Assembly: GCA_013115145.1 (NCBI GenBank)
Contig: JAAPAO010000156.1
Span: 1 to 60,200, forward strand
Direction: 5' to 3'
Length of the DNA stretch: 60,200 nt
Source: Perkinsus chesapeaki ATCC PRA-425
Taxonomy: Eukaryota; Protista; Perkinsozoa
Both the position numbers and the translations under genes were made by a program. Positions within the stretch are counted from its first letter, which is position 1. Every line of letters starts with the position of its first letter. Shown here one piece after another: positions 49,755 through 60,200 of this stretch. The notes beneath the pieces are model-generated. The model did no database searches and was not told where the DNA came from. It was given only the letters and a program-made list of their open reading frames with translations.

Positions 49755-52700
49755 TCACTCAATTTTAGTATTGCGTATATCGTTAATGTGCTGCTCGTCT
49801 GATGTCTCGCTACTCGATGCTGCACCAGGCTCATCACCAGGCTTAGTCCCTGTACCAGAAGCTGCCGCTGCCTTAGTGACCGCCTTGAATCGGCTTGCAC
49901 CGCTAGCCAGAGCCTCCAGCACCTACAAAAACACTATTCACTGCTGTCTCTAAAGGACGGGATTGTTACCTCCTCATTGCCCTCAAGCTTGTCCAATACC
50001 TCGGGGTAATGCTCCTTCAAAAAGGCCTTCATACGATCTGTGGCGCTCAGATGCCAATTCGTAACTCGTTTCTGTATTGAGTTCCACTTTAAACCGCGAC
50101 TGATCTGCTGCTCATGTTGAAGCCTAGCATACGCCCTCGCCACCTTGACCTAACATCACACCTATATAGCAAACACTGAGCTCATCAAGATCAGCGTACC
50201 TGAGTCGTCCTATCCCCTTCCGCCAGCTCAAAGGCGAAGAACTCTCCCCAAAGGTCACCATTACAGGAATCGATACTTGTGGCATTCTGGTACCACTTGC
50301 GGGCCTTCGCTATCATACCTGAATAGCCATTTGAAAAGGAAACCACTTCGGGGCTATCAAGCATCAGTTGCGAGCTCATCACCCTTATCCTTCCAGAAGA
50401 ACTTGGCCACTGCCATCACCGCATGGACGTCATTCTCACAATGCTTAAGAGCATCCACCGTCTTGGCATGTCGAGTCTCCTTTGGTTCCAACTCGACCGC
50501 CTTTGCCCACAGAAGTCCAGATCTGATCACCAACCACTTTGACACAATACTCGGTCTCCCCACGCTCACCGTGGGCACTGTTGAAGAGCTCTATTCAGCA
50601 TATGGCGAGCCTGTGGCAAAGTATCTTCCAATTCAATAGACTTGAGCCAAAGCTCGTCCAGGTGAGGATGCTGCTTGGCAGCGGCTCCTAGTGTGGCTTG
50701 GGCTGCACCCACAGCTCCAGTAGCCTCAGTGACAGTAGAGTTACGGAGACGACCACGCTCCAGTATACTTCGTGCCAGAGGCAACTTATCCCTCTTCGCC
50801 GCGACATCAGCTGCTACTATCCACAAATGGACACTACGAGGGCACTTCTCAAGGCCATTAGATGCCCATCGCTCCGCCTCCTTTAGATCACCACTTTCAA
50901 CATTAATATGCGCCCCAATCATATAAAGCTTAGCAAAGTGTGGATACTGCACAATAGCCTCCTTACATAAAGCCAATGCCTAAGTTGAAGAGCAGCCACA
51001 ATTACCGAACACAACCCTTCCCCATCATCTTACTTGATTGGTATGACCCGACTCTCGTTCCAACTGCACACTCTGCATCCATATGCGCTCGCAAGGCTCC
51101 TTTGAGAACTCCGCCTGCCTCCGTGCTGCCGCCAGCAGCTGCCTTGCTCGTTGAATATCACCATTGCCCACCTATACGGACGAATCTTTGTCACCAGCGC
51201 TCTCCTGCCTGGCCCACCTCAATCTTGGCTGCGGCTAAATGAACATCTTCACTAGTGGAACCAACAGCCTGTGCAGCCTGCTGTAGTATGGATCTTGCAC
51301 TGTCAACATCACCACGAAGCAACTTCTGTTTGGCCGAGATAAGCCACAATTGCGGTGCCAATGGGCATGCCTCCACAGCAGCGGCCAAGACCTAAATACC
51401 AAAAGTGCAAAATCGTTTAGCGGAGCGATGCAGTAGTAACCCACTTTGTCCATCTGAGCAGCAGTACCATGCCTCGCCTCCAGCTGTGCCCACCGCTTCC
51501 ATAATCCCTTTTTACTAGGGAACTTAGATGTAGCACTCGCATAGATAGCCCTCGCAGTATGTGGACGGTGCCGAGATAAAGCAGCATCGGCATCAGCAAC
51601 CCACTCACGTTTACAAGCCTAACATTACCCATCCTCCTCCCCACTCCACCCTCCAAGGGTACTACTACCTTGGAGTCCGACATATCCATATTAGTGTCAA
51701 TTGTTAGATCTACCAAAGCATCAGTGGTAGCAGTGTAACCCAAATTCTCAGAGTCCTCTGCCATCTGTAACCATTGCCTTCTATCAATCTTAACACCATT
51801 GGCTCGCAGCGAGTCCATAGATCGCTGTATAATCTTCCGAATGCCCGAAGTGTTACCACTGCTCTCCTGCAGCCGTGCCGCAGTAACCCAAATAAGCGCA
51901 CTTGTCGGGACATTCTTACGTGCTTGATTCAGCACCTGCAGATGATGTCCATGTTCCCCAACCCTATCATCATCATCATCCTCCTCCACTACAGGACTAC
52001 CTTCTGTGCCTCGTGATACTCACTTAGCCTTGCCAATGCTAACCACAGCTCTTCGCTCTTAGGGCAACACTCAGTGGCACGTCGTAGCAATATTTTAGCG
52101 TCTTGAGGCTTCTCCAATGATACTGCCATCTTCCACAGCTGCACACTGGACGGCACCTTCTCTAAAGCCTTCCGAAGGACTTGTCTCTTAGCATCCACGG
52201 AGGTCTAATAATACTAATAACACCCCCACGACCACCTCTACCCCCTGCCCTCCTACCTCCCTATTAGCAGCATCGATCCATATCTTAGTGGACCTCGGAA
52301 GCTCCCTTACTGCCTTAGCCAGCACTGCCTTAGCGTTATCAGGTTTCTCCAACCTTGCAGCCTGATGATAACGAAACCTTCACATCTTCCCCGCCACCAC
52401 GATGGGTAGCCTACCTCGAGCCATAGATCCTCACTTTTAGGGCAGTGCTGCACTCCCTTTGCCACCAGCTCCCTAGCCTGTCCCAGATTACCCGTCATCT
52501 CCTCTAGACGGGCCGCAGCTATCCATCCTGCGGCATGATGGGGGTTACTGCGGGTAACAGACTTAAACAGCAGCCTGAGCAATCACACTACATGCCACCA
52601 ATCCATCCACTCTCCTAGTACCTGGCCTTTTTAACCTCGTTAACATCAGTATCAACCCCCACACCAGCAGCGGCTCCCAATCGGGATGCTGCCGCCAGAT

Positions 52701-54146
52701 CTGTGAGATATCCTTTGGGATCCATCACCGACTGGCCCGTTATAGAGTCCTGCAACTTATCCAACTGCACGGCGAGGACAGCGGCCTTAGCTTGGCCCAG
52801 CTCATTAACACTTCCCGCTGCGCCCACGCCAACAGGTGTTGACAAACCCATCGGTGTTGATAGCCCCATTGGTGTTGCCATCCCCATAGGTGTACTAAGT
52901 CCACCTACACCCATAGGTGTCGCTAGGCCTCCCATGCCCAACGGTGTCGATATGCCCATAGGGGTGGAGAGCCCCCCTCCACCTAACCCCATTGGAGTGG
53001 ATAGACCCAAACCCATTGGAGTAGATAAGCCCATACCAATAGGAGTCGACAGCCCACCCGTACCAAAGCCTAAGAAAAGCTTATTAAACAGCAAGTCGAG
53101 TCCCTATAGTACCCATTGGGGTTGACATCCCTGTCATGGGTGTTGCCATACCACCAGCTCCACCACCGCTTTGGTCAGTGGTACCAAATGTCCCTGCACT
53201 ACGAGCCGATAGCAGGAGAGAATCCGAGGCTGCCGCCAGTGTTTCACGCCGACGCTTCTTCGTCTGATAGGCGATCCATTACCCTACCGCCGCTCACAAC
53301 GCTGATTACCTTGAGATGCTCCTGAGCCTCTGGGATGGCGTCCCACTCCTCCGCAGAGACCTTGGCGAGATCTCGCTTGAACGGCAAAAGCTGCTGTGAA
53401 ATGGTGGGGCGTTCGTCTCGCATTTTAAGCAGCTCATCGCGTATCCGTTCCTCCCTCCACTAAAATCCAACATCCTCTACCGTCTGTGCATCCGAGGTCC
53501 ATCTAGTACCTTCTTCCGCTTCTCATCGAGCCTTTCATCAATTTGTTCATACATTTCATCAGCCTCCTTATCATCCTCATCATAGACAGTGTTCTGGAAC
53601 AATGATCCACCGTACCTACGAACCAACGTAAACCACTTCTTTACAACAACTGCGGGTGCGACTAATCCTTTCGTCTGCGACTCGGTTAGCAAGTAACTCA
53701 ATCGGCGGTCCCAGTGTGCCTTACCCAGCGAATTCATCGAAATTGCTATCGCCAAGATCTTGATTCTCCTCATCTTGTATGGGTGTTATCTCACTACTAC
53801 TAGCATCATCTCTACTAACACCACCAGTGAACCCTGTGGCTCCTCGGCCTCTACCAGGGATGTATCCTGGCGGCGGTGCCCCCCATTTCCCATGTATAGA
53901 GTGTTGATTGCCACCAAAGGTCTCTCGGGCCAGCTTACTCTTCTGGAAAGCCCGACTATGGGACCCTAATGTACCAGGTGATATGGTAGGCATCTGCGGC
54001 AGCCCAGCGAACTCGGCTCTAGTGGCCACATGAAAGCCACCAGCGCCTCTGCCTTTACCGGCAGTGTAACCCGCTGGTGAGGGATAACCAGATGGATTGG
54101 TCAACCCTTGCCGAGTAGCAGGATTCTGCCCAGGTAATAAGGACAT
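49755..54146 (-). CDS. PRP6: Pre-mRNA splicing factor PRP6 (U5-102K; multi-exon)
   Basis: [74 protein letters not shown] repeats and [13 protein letters not shown]. Confidence 0.95.
52830..53170 (-). repeat. Coding tandem repeat of G(L/M)(S/A)TP(M/L/I/V)G units in PRP6
   Basis: Ten TP units in exon 52615-53094 plus two in the preceding exon ([13 protein letters not shown]). Confidence 0.9.
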
Positions 54147-54395
54147 GTTGACTGATGATGAAGATGACTTTCAACGAATCAAACACGGACAATCGATCAG
54201 ATGGGCGCGCGCGATTCACGATGCTTCGTCTTCAGCAAAGTCATATGACATGCTGGCAGTGACTCCTCACCAGGAGTGTCGTTCTATTCTAGGGTTCATG
54301 TGTGTATCAATACTGGATGCAACAGGCACATCTGTACCTCCGATCGTGAGCCGTATGATGCTTTCCTGTGTTATGTAAGCTTCTTTTGTCCTCTG
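54147..54395. promoter_or_regulatory. Probable bidirectional promoter between PRP6 and RRP3
   Basis: Divergent ATGs at 54146 (-) and 54396 (+) with a 249-bp spacer. Inferred from geometry only. Confidence 0.45.
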
Positions 54396-56452
54396 ATGTC
54401 AGAGTCGTCATCTACAAAGGCTGATGGCAGCCCGGCAGACCAGGCTGATGCTGAGCAACAAGCAGTAACGTTCGAGTCATTGGGTGTCTGCCCTGAGCTA
54501 TGCAAGGCTTGTGATGTACTAGAATGGAAGCATCCTTCTAAGATCCAGGAAGAGACTATTCCCTATGCATTACAAGGGAGGGATCTCATAGCATTGGCCG
54601 AGACAGGCAGTGGAAAGACTGGTACTATAAGGGGGTAACCACAGCAAGCAAGCGGGAGCTTTACTACTGTCATTCTTCAATCTACGCTATTGTTAATTAC
54701 GTTGGGTGTGTGGGCGGTTGGTTATAAGTAGTTGGATGCATAGGATGGACGGCTGAACAAGAAGGGACAGGCCTTTTTGGTACACCTCAGGAGCCTTTGC
54801 CATACCAATTATACAGAAGTTGCTTGATGCTGCACCACACCGGAAGCTCACATGGGCATGCGTACTGGCTCCTACTAGAGAACTATGTGTACAGGTGAAC
54901 TGTGATACTGTGTGATACAAGACGACATTAATCGAATCAGATCGGGCAGCAATTTGAGGGCCTTGGTGCCAGCATTAACCTAACGACAGCCACTATTGTT
55001 GGAGGATTGGACATGGTTACACAGGTACGGTGTGATGGTAAAAGGCTTTGATGATGATGGTGGTGGTGTAGGCCATGGCTCTGTCTAAGAAGCCTCATAT
55101 TATAGTAGCATCTCCTGGACGATTGGTGGATCATTTAGAGAACACTAAAGGCTTCCATTTAAAGACAATCAAGTTCCTAGTCATGGATGAAGCAGATAGG
55201 CTGCTAGGTAGTGTGGGGTAGTTGCCTACGTTTGCTTTGATGTGGTCGCATGGTCAGGTATGGACTTCGAGGATGCTCTTAATAAGATAGTTCAGTCCTG
55301 TCCACGGGATAGGCAAACCTTCCTGTTCTCTGCCACCATGACCAGTGAGTCTTATCCTTTCCCCCATACTTGTAACCGCCGCCGTCATCAGATAAGGTAT
55401 CGCAGTTGCAGCGAGCTTCCCTTACCAGACCGGTCAAGTGCGAGGTCGCCCGAAAGTACTAAGTGAATCTCACCGCCTTTCTGTCTGACATTTTCCATCA
55501 AGGTTCGATGTCGCCAAGGGGTTGGTGCAGAACTACATGTTCGTACCACATAAGCACAAGCATGCCTATCTGGCTGCACTCTTGGCTCATTTCAAACTCA
55601 GTAAGCGATTCAAATAGTAGGGCAATGACCAAGCGTTTCAGGTACGGTGATGATCTTCGTCGATACATGTCTCAACGCCCAACGTATGGCGACAACTCTG
55701 CGGCACCTCGGTAACAACTGTGTATGTCTCCATGGCAAGATGACACAGACACACCGATTGGGGGCTTTGAACCAGTTCCGCGCTGGTAATAAGGGAATAC
55801 CCGACTCTGCTTGTATGCATGTAATATTCAGGTGCCCGATCGATTCTGGTTGCCACTGATGTAGCGGCCAGAGGTCTAGATATTCCCAGTGTGGATGTTG
55901 TTATCAATTTCGATGTCCCTAAGAATCCTGAGGTACTATTGGTGTTGGTGATAAGTGGGAGGAGGGTTACCTTTATAGGAGTATATCCATAGAGTTGGGC
56001 GCACAGCAAGAGCTGGTAGAACTGGCCGATCTGTTACACTTGTTACACAATATGATATAGAGCCATTCCAAAGGATAGAAAACAAACAAGGCAAGTCATC
56101 TTGAAGTGAGAAGAGTAGTGGCCATGATGTCAGGCAAGAAGATGGATGAGTTCAGTGAAGTTACCGAGGAGAACGCCATGGCTATGCAGGAGAAGGTCTT
56201 AGAGGCTTTACGTAAGTCACCGTTGCTGAGCGCTAAGTTTGTAAGGAATCTTTTGTCAGGTTCCACTCAGCTCGAAATGAGGGAGCAAGAAGAGGACATC
56301 AAAGAGTAATAGAAATGCTTCCGTGATGGGCATACAGAGGATCATGGTACGTTGTTAGGGCTTTGGCTGGAAAGACTGGTCGTGGTGGCAAAAAGCGACA
56401 GCATCAGATGATCCTCCAGAAGCTAGCTCAAGGCAATAAGAAGAGACGATAA
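54396..56452 (+). CDS. RRP3: DEAD-box RNA helicase RRP3/DDX47 (multi-exon)
   Basis: Q motif [60 protein letters not shown] and [12 protein letters not shown]. Confidence 0.93.
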
Positions 56453-57135
56453 TATGTATAGTAAACAATTACTGACAACAACAATACCGTTGCTATGTAG
56501 CGTTCCTTAAACTGACGCTCCACCACCCTACGTCACTGTTTCTATTGCATCATGTGTCATGTTGTAATAGTGCTTAGAGGGATACTTATTTATTCAATTG
56601 ATGTCGAAGAGGTGTACTCAAAGCGGAAACCTTAAATAGGGACGAAACCTTGGAGAATTGCATTCAATTATATTTCAGTAATCCACCTGTGATTTGATAA
56701 TACACGTCTTCGGACTTTAAACACAATACTAGGAGTCTTGGGCTGTGACGGACATTGGGGCGAACTAACCCGATCAAGATTGGCTCACTTCACCATAGCA
56801 AGGTTAACGCAAGCTTCCCGGTCCTATAGAAACGATCCACTAGCCATGATAGTCCAAGCCATGTCAAAGCTCAACTTCCGGAGCGGTAGCAGAATCCTTT
56901 GATACTGCGCCATGTCCGGGCGGCGGCGCATCGTCCCCTCTCATCGCGTGCTCTTCTGTCGAATGGATCCCTTCATTGTCCCTCATTCTCCCCAGAAGCG
57001 CCTGGTGGTATTCATCAATCCTTTGTTGATGCCTTTTGTGACGACCCTCGCGGGATTCCTCACCTAAAAAAACATCACCACTGCAACCAGGTCTTTACCA
57101 AGAACACACCATCTTTATAGATCTGTTGCCTCGCC

Positions 57136-59801
57136 TCAGCAGCTTCCTTCAACTTCCCTCGTCTCCTCTGCCACTCTCTGTTCCATTCGAGGATCTCTGT
57201 CTCCACATGATCTGATTGCACAGTGCACCGCCCCCGTGGGAGAATAACGGCTACCCGACTCCCTAAGCTCTACGACGCTGACATTCCGAATGATTGTGGT
57301 GCCTGGTCGCGCTCTTGGTTCACCATTTGCGAAATCGATTACGAGCTCAGGGTTGGTCAGCCACAAAGTATCGCATCTGAAAGATCTTCCTTCCGCCGTA
57401 AGTCTCAACTCGCTCTCACACCTTCGACCTTGGCAGTTGCGAGAAGTCCCAATGGCCTCTACGGCTGCTATTGTTCTATCGTAACGGCTGATGCTTCTAA
57501 CTAATGCCCAGCGATCGTCGTTGATCTCGGGTAAAACATCCCAACCATGATGCGATATGGTAAGCAAATATTCGAGGCGGTAGAGGCGTGCTCGATGGAG
57601 GCAGTGGACGAAGGCGCTGTCATCCATGGACCGACGATAGTGCAGGCTGCTGGCAGCCACAGATGACTTTTCACCAAAGAAGGCATTTGCAAAGTCAAAC
57701 AGAACCTCCACTCGGTCTTCATCCTCGGCAAACTCCTCCACGGCCTTACCGAGTTCATCAGAGGCAGTGGTTGGAGAATACAGAAATAGTTTCTCAACCG
57801 GTAATGTGTTCATAAGAGACAAGACGTACCGCTTGACTTTGTCGTATGAGACCGAATCCTGACCGTCCATCACGACACAAGCCCCAAGGGAGACGTTCGA
57901 CGATGAATTCCACAAGCCCCATCCAGGGGCCTCAAAGGGGGGCTCGTGCTCTACTGGATCATCAAAGGACTCATTAGTAGAGAGTCTCTCGATGTAACGG
58001 AGATATCGATCGAACCTTAGCTCTTGTGGAAGCTTATGAGGCCATGTTGACTGGCCGCGACAAAGGGGAATCGGGCCTATGGTCCACTCTGATGTCATAG
58101 AAGAATAGTCTTCTCGGTTGTCTGAGGGTCGGCGAAGCCACGATAGCTTGCTATAGGGTACTGCGTGGAGCATTACCTAAGACAGGAAGGTGGAAGAACA
58201 CGCCAACAAAGCTACTTCGGTGGCAAAAACATCTCGGGCGTCGGCGTCCACCCAGAAAAGGCGTTCATGGGTGGCCTTCAACGCCTTCACGATGGGACAT
58301 CTGATGACCACATGGTCACCGGCGCCAACTGAAAGAGAGCTCGTGGCCTGAGAATGGACGCACGTGGCACCGAGGAGGAAAATCGAGAGTCGCCACTTGA
58401 ATTCGTTGACCGGTATCCACGAACTCACACATCCATTCGCAAGCCCATAGCTGAGGCAAGGATTGCTGGTGGCCAAGACTGTTAGTATACCTGAATGAAA
58501 AATACATGGTGAACAAATGTGGACAAGGTGGATTCCCCACCAGCAACGGTCATCGGGTCCGCTATGCAGAGCTACTACGAACTCAATAACGGCAGTCACC
58601 TCTGCATGAGGCACATGAACGCCCAAGGAAAGAGGAGAGGACACCGACGCACCGGTATACCCGTCAGCAGTGATAACGTGGGCAGACACCTATGGCAGCA
58701 GTGCGCTCTCGTGGAGACGCAGCTGTAATGGGATTTACTTCACCTTACCGTGCCCTCCTTGATATGGGTTGTGGTACTGGTGTTGTGTGTGCAAAGGTGT
58801 AACCTATTCTCATCTTCAAGTTCTGCCTTACCACCAACCTCAGACCGTGCAGTAGCCGTCCTTGACGTTGGCGGAGCGATGGTGCTCGGAATGCTGGATA
58901 TCTTTCTCCACAAGTCACATCGACATGCTAGTGACGACAGCTCGGAGATGCACCCGGACAGAGAGCTCAGGGTCAGGCCTGCAAACCGCTTCCGCTCGTC
59001 AGGCTGGAGGTGATTTCCCCCAAGCGCGATGTCAAGCCAAGCTTCTGCTGCCTTTGCCGGGCACGGTTCTGCGGATGTCGCATGCGCGACGAGTGAAGTG
59101 AAGTTCTGAGGGTTTGACGTTTGAGGTGGACAGCTTTGTTCGCACAACTCCGAGAGCAGAAGGAAGACTGTATGATGCCACTCCTCGGAGATGAGCTCCT
59201 CGATTACGCCTGGGCGCAGTATGTGATGTACAAGTCCATCCATATGTCCGCGATCATTCTTGTGTTCGCTTGGGTTTATGAGCCTCTCCATCATGTCCAA
59301 GGATAGTGTTGCCCCAATAGGGGCCATATCCCCAGCTCTCGGGGCAGCCGCTTTCATGGGCTCCACAGTTTGAAAAGGTTGATATTCCTTTCTGGAAGGC
59401 GATGTTTTCACTTTGGTCGTTGGATCGTCCAGAGTCGCCTCATAAACAGGTAATGCCAGGTAGGCGGCACTGTCCGGATTTTGTAGTGTTGTAAAATCGA
59501 AAACAGTGAGGTATTGGACGGGTCTGCAGGGTGAGCTCCCATCTGCCACGAGATCGTAGGGAGAGTCCCACGACTTGTTGTCGGTCATCCACTCAGAGCT
59601 CAACATCACGATGGTGTATCTGGTAATAAATGGCGTGCCAGGTCAATCATTTCCAGCTTACTGCTTCCCGGTTGGAGATTCGATGATATTTCGGAACTGA
59701 CCATTTGCTGGGGATTGTCTCGGCCGTGGAGGTGCCTTTGGTGGTCTCCCATGTAGTCCGATGAAGAAGAATGAGGATATTAATACATAGTAAAAACGCA
59801 T
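57136..59801 (-). CDS. Membrane-anchored or secreted protein with C-terminal GT92/DUF23-like region (multi-exon)
   Basis: N-terminal MRFYYVLISSFFFIG anchor at 59801 and three long ORFs (58740-59609, 58177-58689, 57136-58173). The last contains LGACVVM...VEKLFLY...HCLHRAR. The family call is tentative. Confidence 0.5.
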
Positions 59802-59819
59802 CTTAGAAAAGAGCAGCTG

Positions 59820-60200
59820 GGGTTGGTGGCCCATTGCCGTTAACAAGTCTAGACAGTGAAATCGAGATTCCAAGACGCGTGCTTTAAGCGCCAATGCAAC
59901 GCAAGTGTCATCAAATGTTCTGTTGGAATCATCCGCGAACAAGCCGTGGATTAATGCCTCTCAATATCTCTTCGTCATGCATGACATAGTCGTCGAATAT
60001 GGCGTCCAAGTCGTTCTGGTATCTGAAGCGCCTAGGCGGTAGCACTCTCTCATCCACGGAATACATATCTCCACCATGCATTGCCACCAAGGCATATTCT
60101 TTACGCTGAGCAAGCTTCCACATTGCTCTAGCACTTGTGCCCGCCTCACTTCCGTAACCGGACCATACGTAGTCTTCATCGGCATTAACAATGAAGTCCA
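59820..60200 (-). CDS. Partial gene of unknown function running off the window edge
   Basis: Open reading segments (KEYALVAMHGGDMYSVDERVLPPRRFRYQNDLDAIFDDY). Structure unresolved. Confidence 0.3.

Noticed and set aside
50641-50651. Minus-strand TTTGGCTCAAG matching the 3' end of the dinoflagellate/perkinsid spliced leader
   Set aside because: Only 11 nt, and it is PRP6 coding sequence (ELWLK). The upstream CCGTAGCCAT is absent, so it is not an SL relic.

Overview
This is a gene-dense eukaryotic window. Most genes have many short (about 35-55 nt) GT-AG introns and short intergenic spacers. Gene architecture and protein families suggest an alveolate, most likely a Perkinsus-like perkinsid (inference, no database search run). 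Left to right it contains: a small secreted protein; two tandem sphingosine kinase genes, the second with an in-frame TAG; a myo-inositol dehydrogenase; canonical poly(A) polymerase; a nucleotide-sugar transporter; a 779-aa single-exon orphan ORF; a secreted protein with two 8-Cys modules; a paralogue of the first secreted protein; a kappa-class GST; two divergently oriented Gbp-type RRM genes forming a mosaic inverted repeat around a 7.9 kb block (PDZ protein, 10-Cys secreted peptide, unknown gene); three tandem Maa/LacA-type O-acetyltransferases; a LAG1/TLC protein with an altered catalytic motif; a TSSC4-like gene; a helical-repeat putative organellar RNA-binding protein; two tandem PUS7/TruD genes, one hosting an antisense tRNA-Cys gene in an intron; ATG18/WIPI; PRP6 head-to-head with RRP3/DDX47; and a GT92-like membrane protein. 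The most notable observations are the patchwork-homogenised Gbp inverted repeat (a potentially invertible cassette), AT-rich conversion tracts in two separate paralogue sets, the tRNA nested in a tRNA-modifying gene, and several unrecognised secreted protein families. No CRISPR array, rRNA or convincing transposon was found. Exon boundaries were read by eye and some gene starts are approximate.
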